DNA of 64,000 nucleotides from Octopus vulgaris (GCA_951406725.2 OX597818.1:139252001-139316000), one strand, 5' to 3'. Positions 1 through 13,542 are shown, numbered from the stretch's first letter. Program-made: numbers and translations. Notes: a model not told the origin generated them from the letters alone.

Positions 1-1142
1 TTACTTATCTGTTTATTTAAATTGCTCCCAATTGTCTCCCCCTTGAAAGTAACATAAATCTAACACATTCTCATTATCATTATCTCACTCATTATTCCTC
101 TGATTGCCAGTCAAAGCAGTGTGATAGACACCTCATCTTTCAACTCTATTTTACTTCATATGTCATTCTGTAATCGCATTCTACAGAATCCTACCTCGCA
201 ACTATTTAGTCACGGGTAAGTCCTGACTGAACAGACCTATGATTAAATGCGTTCCAGCCGAGACCCTCACACTGTTTCAGATACAGAGTTTCGAAATTGG
301 AAAAACTTGAATTTTTTATTGTGTTGCTGGTGGTGTTGTTGGATTCAGAAAAAGGAATTTGGTTCAGGTAAAAGTTTATCATCATTAGTTCACGAATAAG
401 TGGGATAAACTTCGTTATGTGCTATTTTTATTATGTAGTGGTTTGATCTTTACAGCACAGACCGGCGGTATTATCCTTGTCCGGCCATTTTAAAACTTCT
501 TGATCACTAATGCACATTTCTACGCGGTAGATTAGTCTACGCATTGTAAAGTCCGCAATAAATTCCAGCCCTTGATACACTTTCAGACCAGATAAATCGG
601 ATCACTGATCTGAAAGAGCGTCCATGTTTACTGTTTAACACGAGAAAGAAGACTAGAGCGATGAATGTCAAAATTCGGTTATGTAAGCAATAGAGTACCA
701 ACTTTTAGCACGCGAGCGCTGAAGACTGTGCGGTCAAACTAAAGACAGTTCTGTCGGAAGTGCGATAATATCTAACCTCCCCGAGTATTAGTAACCAGGA
801 TTGATGCCATGTGTGTGAGTATGCGTATGTGTGCATGTGCGTACGTGTGCGTATGTTTGTGTGTGGGTGCTTGTGTGTGTGTGAGTGTATGTGTTTGGTG
901 ACTAGAATTACTTGGTAGAGTTATTAATCTGTTTACGTAGATCTGGTGTTTGAATTAATATATCTACATTTATTGTTGTAGTTATTGTTCTTGAGCAGTA
1001 GACCAGCATTGATCAAATGTGTTATTGCTGTGACGACGATGTCATCGTTTATTTTTCCCTTCTAATGAATTGTATATACGGCTCCATTATCTAACACTCG
1101 CACACACACACACGCACACATATATATAAACACACGCATACA

Positions 1143-1180
<38 letters not shown>

Positions 1181-1202
1181 TATATATATATATATGTATA
1201 TA

Positions 1203-1592
1203 GTAGCAGTATCGCCCGGCGTTGCTCGGGTTTGTAAGGGAAATAACTATATAAGCATTTTTAGAGATGTAAAGTATAATAGCCATCTCAATATGGCTAA
1301 CCACAAGGGGGGTTACTGTAGCTTTTTACGTTCTGAGATTTAAAAATAAATTTTTAGAAAGTTACTTCCCTTATATATGCCAAAAATGCATTAAAAATGG
1401 GAAAATTTGATGGTAATTTTTTTAAAATCGTAGACTCATCGTAGACGCGCTCTAATACCCAAAAGGGCTCGATATGAATCACGACTATAAGATACCCGGT
1501 TTTGGTTAAACTGCACCGCAAAATGTGGGAGTAGTTAGGAATCTAAATCGTAGGAGACAGACAGCACACAACCTCACTTTTATATATAAAGA
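1203..1592 (-). mobile_element. Non-autonomous Helitron (copy 1) in (TA)n
   Basis: Minus strand begins TC (TCTTTATATATAAAAG) and ends with GC hairpin CCCGAGCAACGCCGGG then CGATACTGCTAC. Inserted between A and T with no TSD. Second copy at 25234-25634. Confidence 0.75.
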
Positions 1593-2854
1593 TATATATA
1601 TATATGTGATGTAGTATAATATAATATATGTGTATGTATAATATATAATATGTATGAATACTTCCCTTTTTTTATATTCCCGGCTATGATTTCAAAGGTT
1701 CTTGCTTTGGTTCATAAAAAAAGATTATGTTGTTGTTAGGTTTACTACTTAACAGCATTCCAGCACTGATCGAACATATCTGTGATCAAAAGTATTTCAC
1801 CTGTGATAAGCCTTTCTTTTATCCAGCTAGGGTATATTGAAGGTGACATAATCCAATAAATCTCTATACTTTTAAGATGACTTACTTATGAATTGAAAGA
1901 GTTCGGGCTCTTATTTGTAGCAGAACAGTGTACGGTTTCGTGAAAATATAATTGGTAATATACGGCTTTAGTAAATCTGCACTAATTCTTGAACATCTTG
2001 AAACCACATTATTTTTTATTATGATATTCATAAATATGATCTAATAAAACAGTTTATGTAATAGATTTTTACAGCTTTTCTAAATTTTTCTTTTAAAATA
2101 TAGTTATCAAAAGTGTTTCTCTCGAAGTGGTCTAGTACACCTTTGCTTGACCTCTAGTGCCCTGTCGGTGTAGTGGTTTTGTATGTACTGCACAGACCGG
2201 CAGTATAATACTTATAAAATGATGGCGGGGGTTCTATGCTCAGAAAATTGTTTGACTAGTACAACCAGCTATAAGAATGATGTTTCTAGCTTTCGCTTTC
2301 TAAACTTTGTAGGTAGGTCCGTAATCAATCAGAGGGTATGACAGACAGACAGACATACACACGTTTGTTTGTATGTATATATGTGTATATATATATGTGT
2401 ATATATGTATATATGTATATATATATATGTATATATGTGTATATATATATATATGTGTATATATGTATATATATATATATGTATATATGTATATATATGT
2501 GTGTATATATGTGTATATATATATGTGTATATATGTATGTATATATGTGTATATATATATGTGTATATATGCGCATATATACACATATATAACATTGACA
2601 GCAGCTGTTAGTTGCTGAGTTTTCAGTCTCATTCCATTATATAAATTATTTTATAAATAATTACAGAAATAAATTTGATCCAGTTGCAATAGTTGTGTAC
2701 TTCATCAGGTAGCTTCATAATTTTTTTTTATATAAATTCTATACAATAACGGAGTTCTACATGTATATATGATGGCATATGGTAACCGATAAGCGTATAG
2801 AATCTTTAAGTGTACGTTATGTGGCTATTACTCAGATAATATCGAATGGATATT

Positions 2855-3066
2855 CTTTTCTACTCTAGGCACAAGGCCCGAAGTTTTTGGGGAGGGGGCC
2901 CGTCAATTAGATCGACCCCAGTACCCAACTGGTACTTAATTTATCGACCCTGAAAGGATGAAAGGCGAAGTCAACCTTGGCGGAATTTGAACTCAGAACG
3001 TAGAGAGAGACGAATTACCGCTAAGCATTTCGCCTGGCGTGCTAACGTATCTGCCAGCTAGCCGCC
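2855..3066 (-). mobile_element. SINE family B, alternative tail
   Basis: Family B head and body (GGCGGC..GCTGGCAG..GTTCAAATTCCGCC..CTTTCATCCTTTC.GGGTCGATAAATTAAGTACCAG) with a different tail ending GGGCCTTGTGCCTAGAGTAGAAAAGAA. Confidence 0.85.
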
Positions 3067-3269
3067 ATATGTATATATAATATCGGATAGATATTATATA
3101 TACATATATATATGTATGTATATATATGTATATACACATGTATGTATGTATGTATGTATGTATGTATGTATGTATCTATGTATGTATGTATGTATCTATG
3201 TATGTATGTATGTATGTATGTATGTATCTATGTATCTATGTATGTATGTATGTATGTATGTATGTATGT

Positions 3270-4045
3270 CATTATTCAGTTTATTTTAGGATTTCTTGCC
3301 AATAGAGAAAGAACCAGTTCCTAACCTAGGTACAAGGCTCCTTTAATGGAATTTCTACACCAGCAACAGGGTCTTTTTGTATGTATGTATGTATGTATGT
3401 ATGTATGTATGTATGTATGTATGTATGTGTGTGTGTATGTTTGTATATATGCATGTATGTATATATGTATGTGCGCAGATTTGTATGTTTTATCTATTCT
3501 CATGCATATAGTTGCATATCTAGACAAACTTCTAGAAAGTTTTACAGATTTTTACAGTTCCAATGATGGATTGGATCTGTAGTCTTCGAACTAGCCTTCT
3601 CCTTTCTGGTTTTGAGAAGCCTAATTTCTCAAGATAGGTATTTAGGCAGTGTGTTACATATCCCAGGGTCCCAATAATTACAGGTATAAACCTGAACTTG
3701 TAATCTGCAGATTTCTCAATAGTTCAGTATAGGTGTTCTCTTTTTCACTGATCTTCAGCTTTATGTTAACATCCGCCGGGCAGCTAATGTCCACAACTGT
3801 GCACAGTTGCTCCGCCCCAAGTCCTTATATCAGGTCTGTTGTGCTTACATTTTATTGAGGTCTTCACTGGTACATTCCACCAGTATTCCTTTTTATTATG
3901 AGTGGCTATGGCTTCTACCATATTGTGGTTTCTCATTTCTTTGACCTCAGGATTATCCTTCCAACGGATTTCATTATAGAGTGTCTTGGCTACAACGACA
4001 TGTCTCATCGGTAGATAATACCGTGGTGACATTTTCGGACAACTG
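3270..4045 (-). mobile_element. R4/Dong-clade non-LTR retrotransposon 3' fragment (restriction-like endonuclease and 3' UTR)
   Basis: Frameshifted translation RHVVVAKTLY...YWWNVPVKTSIKCKHNRPDI...VVDISCPADVNIKLKISEKENTY...FIPVIIGTLG...LQIQSIIGTVKICKTF (PD..D RLE motif). 3' UTR ends AAATAAACTGAATAAT next to (CATA)n. Confidence 0.8.
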
Positions 4046-4712
4046 TTTATTCCGTCCCAGTATCTTCCACCATCATTATCACCTACTCAAAGAATTCCCT
4101 GTTTTCACTGACGAAAACCTCTTTCATGCGAATTTTTACATCATATTTAGAGTTGAATGACCGTTCATTCAACGAACTTTGAAGAAACCGAGACAGGTCG
4201 AAAGCTAAATGCGCAAGATCGGGCGAATATGGAAGTGGGGGGAAGAACTTCCCAGTAACTTCAGTCGCGTCTGCAAAAAAGAATACCGTCTGGCATTGCC
4301 ATGATTAAAGACTATGGTTTTCCGATCCTCAAGAGCTGAACGCTTCTGGTGGCTTGCATTTAATCTGTCCAGCTGCCCATAGTACTCATCAGAATTGATG
4401 GTCCTCATCGTGGGAAGAAGGCCATAGAAGACAATCCCATTTTTTCTAATTCTCATCAAATCGAAAGCATAGCCTTCTGCGGAATGAAATCCTGCTTTAG
4501 AGGTTGCTTGTGATGGTTCGCCGCGCTTTCCCCATCATCGATTGCGCTTTACCAAGTTACAGACGATCCATTCTTGGTGCCGTTTCCAGTCTCTTCAAAA
4601 TAGGAATATTCTCTTTACTTTTCTGCAGCGAATTGCAGATGAAAATCCGTTGAGGGAGGTTAGTCTCATCCAATTCATGTGGTATCCAACATCGAGGCTG
4701 CTGACGTAACTA
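4046..4712 (-). pseudogene. Decayed mariner transposase
   Basis: (W)IPHEL, GIVFYGLLP..TINSDEY..QLDRLN, VFNHGNARR and PYSPDLA motifs across frameshifts and stops. Confidence 0.9.
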
Positions 4713-4903
4713 CATCAGATGATTTTTTACTTTGATGCAAATGATTTTTAATATTCATTTTTGGATATTTGGACAATATCTTCGATCATTCCGGTTGACG
4801 GCCAGAGAGAGAGAGCCGAAAAAATTCCCGATAGACATCTTGAAAATCCCTTCTGGCACACACGTTCTCTCCGTACATAGCGCATGCATTCCTTTAGGTT
4901 ACC

Positions 4904-5130
4904 TATTTCTTTACTACCCACAAGGGGCTAAACACAGAGGGAACAAACAAGGACAGACAAACGGAATAAATCGATTACATCGACCCCAGTGCGTAACTGG
5001 TACTTAATTTATCGACCCCGAAAGGATGAAAGGCAAAGTCGACCTCGGCGGAATTTGAACTCAGAACGTAACGGCAGACGAAATACGGCTACGCATTTCG
5101 CCCGGCGTGCTAACGTTTCTGCCAGCTCGT
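4904..5130 (-). mobile_element. SINE family B
   Basis: Near-identical to the other family B copies. Flanked by 15-bp TSD TTCCTTTAGG(T/G)TACC. Confidence 0.9.
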
Positions 5131-5399
5131 CTTCCTTTAGGGTACCACCACATTTTGCCAATTTAAAAATAAAAAACATGAAGTATCAATGACGTTCGTT
5201 TTGGTTCTTCTTTTTTTGGGGTAATCCACAGTAAATAAAATACAACCTGTCTCGTCGCAAGGTCGTGTCGAATTACGGTTGAAGTATCAAGTATTTAACG
5301 CATGTGCATGCGCAAGGGACAGACTGAAGTAAGCCGCTTATTAGAGTGCTTGAAGTTTAATGTCGACAAAAATCGGAGCGGACTTTTTGGACAACTCAT

Positions 5400-5488
<89 letters not shown>

Positions 5489-5497
5489 CATCTATCC

Positions 5498-5563
<66 letters not shown>

Positions 5564-5662
5564 TTGTCTATCTATCTATCTAACCATCTATCTGTCTGCC
5601 TGTCTGTCTATCTATCTCATACACAAGGCAATATATGATATATTGTATCAGAAAAGTGCTTA

Positions 5663-5694
<32 letters not shown>

Positions 5695-5733
5695 GTATAC
5701 TTAGAACTGCTGAGATGTTTGTGTGTATGTGTG

Positions 5734-5770
<37 letters not shown>

Positions 5771-5807
5771 ATGTATGTATATATGTATGTATGAGTGCAT
5801 CTATGTT

Positions 5808-5850
<43 letters not shown>

Positions 5851-6265
5851 CGCAAACGGAAGTAAGCACCTGCTCAGATGTTTCCTATTTCAGCGATTTC
5901 CCACTTTGTTTATATATATTGCAAGGTTACCGTCTAAGATGCATGTGTAAATATACTCTCTGTGGCACGCAGAGACATTCACAAACATCTATGAATACAA
6001 ACACGTGCATACAGACATGTATAAAAAAAGTACACACACATATGTAAAATGACAGCCCACATCAATAAGCTTTATTCGTCAGATTCCTGGAAATATATAT
6101 CTTGGTCGGAGAAGTATTGTTTATTATTCTTCACACAGCATCCCCCTTTTAACTAATTATATACACACTCATGCGCACGCCCCACGGTCTTATACATATG
6201 TATACGTTTGATATGCATATATATGAAGGTCTGCTTATATAATGTATATTTTAAAAACCCCTTAA

Positions 6266-6296
<31 letters not shown>

Positions 6297-6334
6297 TACA
6301 TACATATTTATGTCTCACTACCTTTTTCACTGTC

Positions 6335-6421
<87 letters not shown>

Positions 6422-6436
6422 GTATATATGTATATG

Positions 6437-6475
<39 letters not shown>

Positions 6476-6508
6476 GTAATATAATATGACAATTATTCGG
6501 TTGCCATA

Positions 6509-6567
6509 ATAAAACTCCGAGTTTCGGATGTCGGGGCGGGAACCTGCACCGACATCTCTTCAGTTAT
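6509..6567 (-). ncRNA. Type I hammerhead ribozyme candidate (Penelope-like terminal repeat remnant)
   Basis: ATAA-CTGAAGA-[GATGTCGG/CCGACATC 8-bp stem II]-C-GAAAC-TCGGA-GTT-TTAT. Confidence 0.6.
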
Positions 6568-6915
6568 CGAGGTGATCAAAATATGTTATGAAAATGGCTG
6601 TTAAACAAAGGGAAATTACTATGTAATTGGCCGCTATTAAGACAAAAGAGCTATTAGAATGACCGTTAGATAAGGGAAAAAACCGAAGGGGAGGAATGTA
6701 AAGGAGTAAAAATGCTTATAGCAATCGCGTATTCACGCATGTACGTACACATGAGCACACGCACACCCACGTACATGTATCTGTATGCATATGCTCACAC
6801 ACTCTCGCATGTTGTCTTATATATACATACAAACACGCATACACTTATAGCCATAATTAGATGCATGCAATCATACATATTCGTATATGTATTTATAACA
6901 TATATATATTACTGT

Positions 6916-7321
6916 ATACTCTTTACTCTTTTACTCGTTTCAGTCATTTGACTGCAGCCATGCTGGAACACCGCCTTTTGTCGAGCAAATCGACCCTGGG
7001 ACTTATTCTTTGTAAGCCCAGTACTTATTCTATCGGTCTCTTTTGCCGAACCGCTAAGTGACGGGGACGTAAACACACCAGCGTCGGTTGTCAAGCAATG
7101 CTAGGGAGACAAACACAGACAGACAAACACACACATACATATATATATACATATATACGACAGGCTTCTTTCAGTTTCCGTCTACCAAATCCACTCACAA
7201 GGCATTGGTCGGCCCGAGGCTATAGCTGAAGACACTTGCCCAAGATGCCACGCAGTGGGACTGAATCCGGAACCATGTGGTTGGTTAGCAAGCTACTTAC
7301 CACACAGCCACTCCTGCGCCT
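6916..7321 (-). mobile_element. SINE family A (tRNA-like head, internal microsatellite, (GTAAAAGA)-type tail)
   Basis: Head AGGCGCAGGAGTGGCTGTGTGG..GGTTC, CORE-like CTTGGGCAAGTG. More than 10 copies in the window. Confidence 0.9.
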
Positions 7322-7381
7322 ATATATATATATTAAGATTAAATAAATGACAAGAGAACAGGAATTACGTAATCCATATCA

Positions 7382-7468
7382 CTCGCTTACCGAGGTTTCT
7401 GCTTATAAGATGCATTGCTCTCACAGTTTAGTGCTTGTGCACAACTCCATAGATTCCTCAGAACTGAG
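7382..7468 (-). ncRNA. Degenerate type I hammerhead ribozyme candidate
   Basis: CTCAGTT-CTGAGGA-[imperfect long stem II]-GAAAC-CTCG-GTA-AGCGAG. Confidence 0.4.
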
Positions 7469-8206
7469 TGTTTGTAGGTTACCTCATAGCAGAAATAACT
7501 GTTGACTATGTAACCTTTGCTTTCTTCTCATTTATTTGATTTTATATCACTCTCTATACTTGACTAATGCTTTATTTGAAGCATGAGCATGAAGCCAAGA
7601 TGAGACGAAATGCCAGCTAAGTCGACCAATTATATTTGGGGAGTGCTAGCGATTTTTTTCCAGTTCGACACCCTGAGGAATAAGTATATTGAGTTCTTGC
7701 ACCAGGTTATTAGTATTCGCTATGCCCAAGTGAAATCTTTATACATATGTGTTTGTTTACGCTGGGGAAAAGTCTTTGACATTTCGAGCCTACGCTCTGC
7801 GTCAGAAAGGGCGGAGAAGACAAAAAAAATGGGCAACGAAGAAATCGGCGAGGGAAAAAGAACTGATAGACATACGTAGATATAAGTATATACAGAATTA
7901 CATACATCTACGTGTGTGTGTGTGTGTGTGTCTGTGTAAATTGTTTCAGTATCTTGAGTCTGGGATCGTTGACACACACACACACGTGTTTCGTGGCTAC
8001 AATGCATATATATTATTCAGGCATCATATATTATTACAGACTCAGGCACAGATGCATGTTGTTGCACACGGCGCGTGCGCGTACACACACACATGCGTAC
8101 GTACGCACATAAACATAGTCTTATGCACATCTGTAATCTTACACAATTTATTGCCTAGAGTATGAGACATGAATGCATACATATACACTTTCATAAATGC
8201 ATACAA

Positions 8207-8307
<101 letters not shown>

Positions 8308-8312
8308 ATATA

Positions 8313-8430
<118 letters not shown>

Positions 8431-8666
8431 TATACACACACACATATATATATATAATAACACATATATACATATATACACACACACACATATATATACA
8501 TGTACACACGCACATCTATGTGTGCTTGCGTGTGTGTGTGTACGCGTGCATATCTTTGCTTACCATCCTTCATACACACACACACACACACACAAATTAT
8601 ATGCATACATATATACATATATATACATACATAATACATACATACATACATACACACACACTCACG

Positions 8667-8704
<38 letters not shown>

Positions 8705-9009
8705 CATATAAACACTTGAAAGTAGTATCTATAGTGTTACTAAACAAACTAACGTCATACAAAATAAGTGAAGAAACTTGCTGTAGTTGTCGTCGGAACT
8801 GGTAAATATGGCTGTTTCTATGGAATGTGTTTATTTAGCTTATATGTAACTGTGTACAGCTCTAAGGAAGAAATCGGAGGACACACAGACAGACAGGTTG
8901 TATATCGTAACCGAATCATTCCTTATCACTTAAGATATCCCCCTGCTGGTGGATATCTCAGCGGGATACACTTAACGTGGGATGGGTATTTTGCGCACGG
9001 CTCTATCAC

Positions 9010-9570
9010 AAACTGACAGAAATAGCAAATCCTTCAAGATTTATAAATAGGAAAAGCACACAAAATAATAATATAGTCCTAGTTACACTATGACATGGAT
9101 CGTTTACCTAAAGCTTCAATTAGACTCACGAAAGAGCCTTTTAGTGGTGGTTAACCAACCAGAAAGAATAGCCAACATTGCTTTCATTTGCTTCCATCTG
9201 GAGTTAAGAATAGGAAAAGTACGTTACATAGTGTAGTCCTCGATGTACTATGTCCATGGATCTTTTACGTCAAATCGCCATGAGACCAGTGGAAGAGCCT
9301 CTATGTCATGGTTAACCTGCCCAAATTGGTAGCCAAATTTACCCCAATTTGCATTTTCTTAACTAAATGCCAGGTCACATTGAATAATTTAGTTTTAGCT
9401 ACACTATGCACAAGGATCTTTCATGCAATGACTACTTGGAACAAGTGAAGGAGTCTCTACATTTTATGCAACCTGCTAGAAGCAGTAGCCAAATTTACCT
9501 TCATTCTCATCCTCCTGTACTATAAAATAGATCAGATGCACCTGGTAATGGACTCCTAGATACACTATGT
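9010..9570. repeat. Degenerate tandem array, period about 156-161 bp
   Basis: (C/T)ACTATG recurs at 9086, 9246, 9402 and 9563. AGAGCC-like and TAGCCAA motifs recur at the same period. Confidence 0.7.
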
Positions 9571-9867
9571 TGTATAAATTGATGCGATTGACATGGCTGA
9601 ATGCCCGTCAGAAAACCATAACATCAATATTACCTGTATCACATACACATTCCCATCAGCAGCAGCAGCAGCAGTAGCAGCAGTAGAACCACCACCAACA
9701 CCAATAGCATCAACAAGGATACTAAGCGTGCAAACAGGAAAGCTCCAAAGAATTGCTGCCCAGCTTGAAATAGCAACCAAATCTTTAAAACAAATCACAT
9801 TTTACCATCTTGGGATATGGTAATACACATTGAATATTGCAGTTCTAGATAATATACTCTCTCTCTC

Positions 9868-10091
9868 TTTTACTCTTTTACTTGTTTCAGTCATGTGACT
9901 GTGGCCATGCTGGAGCACCAGCTTTAGTCGAGCAAATCGACCCCATGACTTATTCTTTGCAAGCCTAGTACTTATTCTATCGGTCTCTTTTGCGGAACCG
10001 CTAAGTTACGGGGACGTAAACACATCAACATCGGTTGTCAAGCGATGTTGGGGACAAACACAGACATAAACATACACACGCACATGCATAC

Positions 10092-10163
<72 letters not shown>

Positions 10164-10196
10164 CATACACACACACACACCTATATATATATACAT

Positions 10197-10227
<31 letters not shown>

Positions 10228-10388
10228 CATATACGACGGGCTTCTTTCAGTTTCCGTCTACCAAATCCAGTTACAAGGCTTTGGTCGGCCCGAAGCTATA
10301 GAAGAAGAAGAACTTGCCCAAGGTGCCACGCAGTGGGACTGAAACCGGAACCATGTCGTTCGTAAGCAAGCTACTTACCACACAGCCA
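9868..10388 (-). mobile_element. SINE family A with expanded internal (TA)/(CA) tract
   Basis: Family A head and tail with a much longer internal microsatellite. Confidence 0.9.
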
Positions 10389-10782
10389 AAAAATAAATGA
10401 GCTGGTCATAGCTGGAACGGCTGTGAAATCATGACTGCTGGATGAGTTGTAAAGAGCAACAACTAATACGAAACCTACAATGAGCAGGTATCCAATTGCA
10501 TAGTTGTAAATGATAATATTGTTCAGGCTCTATTCTGATTACATGGACACGTAAAGAAATTAGCGATAGCTGTGAATATATTTTCGAACCTTACTTACTC
10601 GTGAGTGACAGCTGGCTGTTTTCTACGGATCTATGGATAGCTAAGATATACTGCTGTTAGATATCTAGACTGATCTAACCCTGTGAATCTATGGATCGCT
10701 AAGATATACCACTATTGCATAGCTAATAAATAATGAAGTTGAGATACGTTTACGGTATAGCTAAATCACGGTATAGCTAAAT

Positions 10783-11015
10783 AAGGCGGCGAGCTGGCAG
10801 AGTCGTTAGCACGCCGGGTGAAGTGCTTAGCAGTATTTCGTCTTCCGCTACGTTCTGAGTTCAAATTCCGCCGGGGTCGACTTTGCCTTTCATCCTTTCG
10901 GGGTCGATTAAATAAGTACCAGTTACGCACTGGGGTCGATATAATCGACTTAATCCGTTTGTCTGTCCTTATTTGTTCCCTCTGTGTTTAGCCCCTTGTG
11001 GGTAGTAAAGAAATA
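10783..11015 (+). mobile_element. SINE family B
   Basis: Full copy with TSD GGTATAGCTA(A/T)AT. Confidence 0.9.
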
Positions 11016-11411
11016 GGTATAGCTATATTGATATACCTAAACCCGGTGAAAACTATGTACCTGCATACCTACCGTTTAATGATTAAAAACCAATGAAGTA
11101 GAAAAGTGTATACTCTTGAAATTTTTGGCAAGAGACAATGTTGTTGACAGAAATAAACATGCTCACTATATTGACCTCCTTACAGAAGGCTTGTACTAAG
11201 AAAAATTCTGTTGTAATATGTAGGACCGTAACGCAAAACATGTTTTCTATTGACATTTAGTTTACATGGAAATCAAAGAATTTATGTCAAAGAGACTACG
11301 TTTTCTGTTCGGGAAGTCCGTGTTAAAACGAGATTTTTTATGAACGCAGTGCAAAGCTATCATAACACAGAAAGGGATGTCTGTATGTGGTTCAGTGATT
11401 CGTCTAAAGGA

Positions 11412-11788
11412 GCACTCCGTCGGTTACGACGATGAGGGTCCCAGCTGATACGATCAACGGAACAGCTTGCTCGTGGAATTAACGTGCAAGTGGCTGAGCA
11501 CTCCACAGACACGTGTACCCTTAACGTAGTTCTCGAGGAGATTCAGCGTGACACAGAGAGTGACAAGGCTGGCCCTTTGAAATACAGGTACAACAGAAAC
11601 AGGAAGAAAGAATGAGAGCAAGTTGTGGTAAAAGAGTACAGTAGAGTTCACCCCCACCCCCTGCAGGAGCCTCGTGGAGCTTTTAGGTGCTTTCGCTCAA
11701 TAAACACTCACAACGCCCGGTCTGGGAATCAAAACCGCGATCCTACGACCGCGAGTCCGCTGCCCTAACCACGGCCATTGCGCCTCCG
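11412..11788 (-). mobile_element. SINE family C, tail type 1
   Basis: tRNA-like head GGAGGCGCAATGGCC..GTGGTTAGGGCAGCGGACTCGCGGTCG. Flanking repeat GATTCGTCTA. Confidence 0.9.
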
Positions 11789-12434
11789 ATTCGTCTACAG
11801 TATTCTCTTCACTTCTATTTGTCGGAGACAAAGACAAAAAAGCCTGTTATATTCTTGTTTTTTTTTATTGTATTCTGAATGGTTGCAAGTCTAATCATTG
11901 CTGTTCTCGTTTAGGGCCAGATCAGCAGTAAATGAACAGGCCTATAATCAAGGGCGTGCCAGCCGTGACCAACTCGTTCTTTTAAATATTTAGTCACTGT
12001 CATTGTAGGTTGCATGGTGCGATTTGAGTGTATTTTACCTACTATTCCCAAACAGATCAAGCGACGAGATTCAGGTCCTTTCATCAATATTGTGGTTAAT
12101 GCTGATGTTATCTTTCTGTTGAGGTTTCAGTGTATAAGTTATCGCAGTGGCTGTCCTTCTAGAAGTTGCTTTGAAGGAAACTTGTTTATTTTATCATTCC
12201 GTGTCACACTTAGACTATTTTTCTGGAAGGATTTCAACATCTTCTGATACAGCGAAAATATGGCGACGACAACGTCATTGAACACAAGTAGGTATTTGGA
12301 TAGATAGACAGATAGACAAAGAGAGGGAGAGAAAAGAAGAGAGAGAGAAAGAGGGAGGGAAAAGGGAGGATATAAGGGAAAAGCAGCTTAAGAGCTTTGT
12401 GAGTCATTTCAGAAAAAAATAATATACGTACATA

Positions 12435-12449
12435 TATATGTATGCATAC

Positions 12450-12482
<33 letters not shown>

Positions 12483-12890
12483 TGTATGTATGTATGTATG
12501 TATGTATGTATGTATGTATGTATGTATGTATGTATGTATGTATGTATGTATGCATGCATGTATGTATGTATGTATGTATGTATGTATGTATGTATGTATG
12601 AATGAATGTATGTATGTATGTATGAATGTATGTATGTATGAATGTATGTATATATGCATGTATGTATGTATGTATGCATGTGTGTATGTATGTATGTATG
12701 TATGTATGAATGTATGTATGTATGTATGTATATATGCATGTATGTATGTATATATGCATGTATGTATGTATGTATGTATGTATGTATGAATGTATGTATA
12801 TATGCATGTATGTATGTATGTATGTATGTATATATGCATGTATGTATGTATGTATGTATGTATGTATGTATGTATATATGCATGTATGTA
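12435..12890. repeat. Long (TATG)n microsatellite
   Basis: About 450 bp of TATG with TGCA/TGAA variants. Confidence 0.95.
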
Positions 12891-12896
12891 TATTTA

Positions 12897-12929
<33 letters not shown>

Positions 12930-13002
12930 TTATATATATATACATACATACTCATATACACATACATAATTATATAAACATACTCATATACATAGTTATA
13001 AT

Positions 13003-13048
<46 letters not shown>

Positions 13049-13384
13049 AGGTCCAAAAGGAACTCACGAGTTGATGTGTTTAAGGAAAATAAGACAAGGT
13101 AGAAAATGCTAAAATAATTTTATCATGAAGAACATTTTAGTACCGGTTTCAGCCTTTGAGATTTTTTCAACTTAGAGTAAAGTACGAAAAACAATTAAAT
13201 TGTGGCAAAATTAAATGAAATGTTTTAAAAAATATTTCCATAGTTTTTAAATACAAGGTGCACTTTCCTATTTTTTATGTATGTCTGTGTGTCTCTCTTT
13301 TTACTCTTGTGAAGGCTTGGTAGTAGGTAGTAGGTAGTACTAGTCCTAAAAGAATATTTGATATGAATTATTGGTTTTGATTGT

Positions 13385-13448
13385 TTAAGCAGCAGTAGCC
13401 GAAGCAGCAGTAGCTGAAGAAGAAGAAGAAGAAGAGTGAGTAGGAAAA

Positions 13449-13542
<94 letters not shown>

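Noticed and set aside
2610-2715. Minus-strand CTGATGA..GAAA; similar weak cases near 13135-13175, 15985-16045 and 57565-57605
   Set aside because: Missing stem II/III pairing or altered catalytic residues.
9010-9570. Regularly spaced motifs resembling a CRISPR array
   Set aside because: Whole units are degenerate homologues, the context is eukaryotic, and there are no cas genes.
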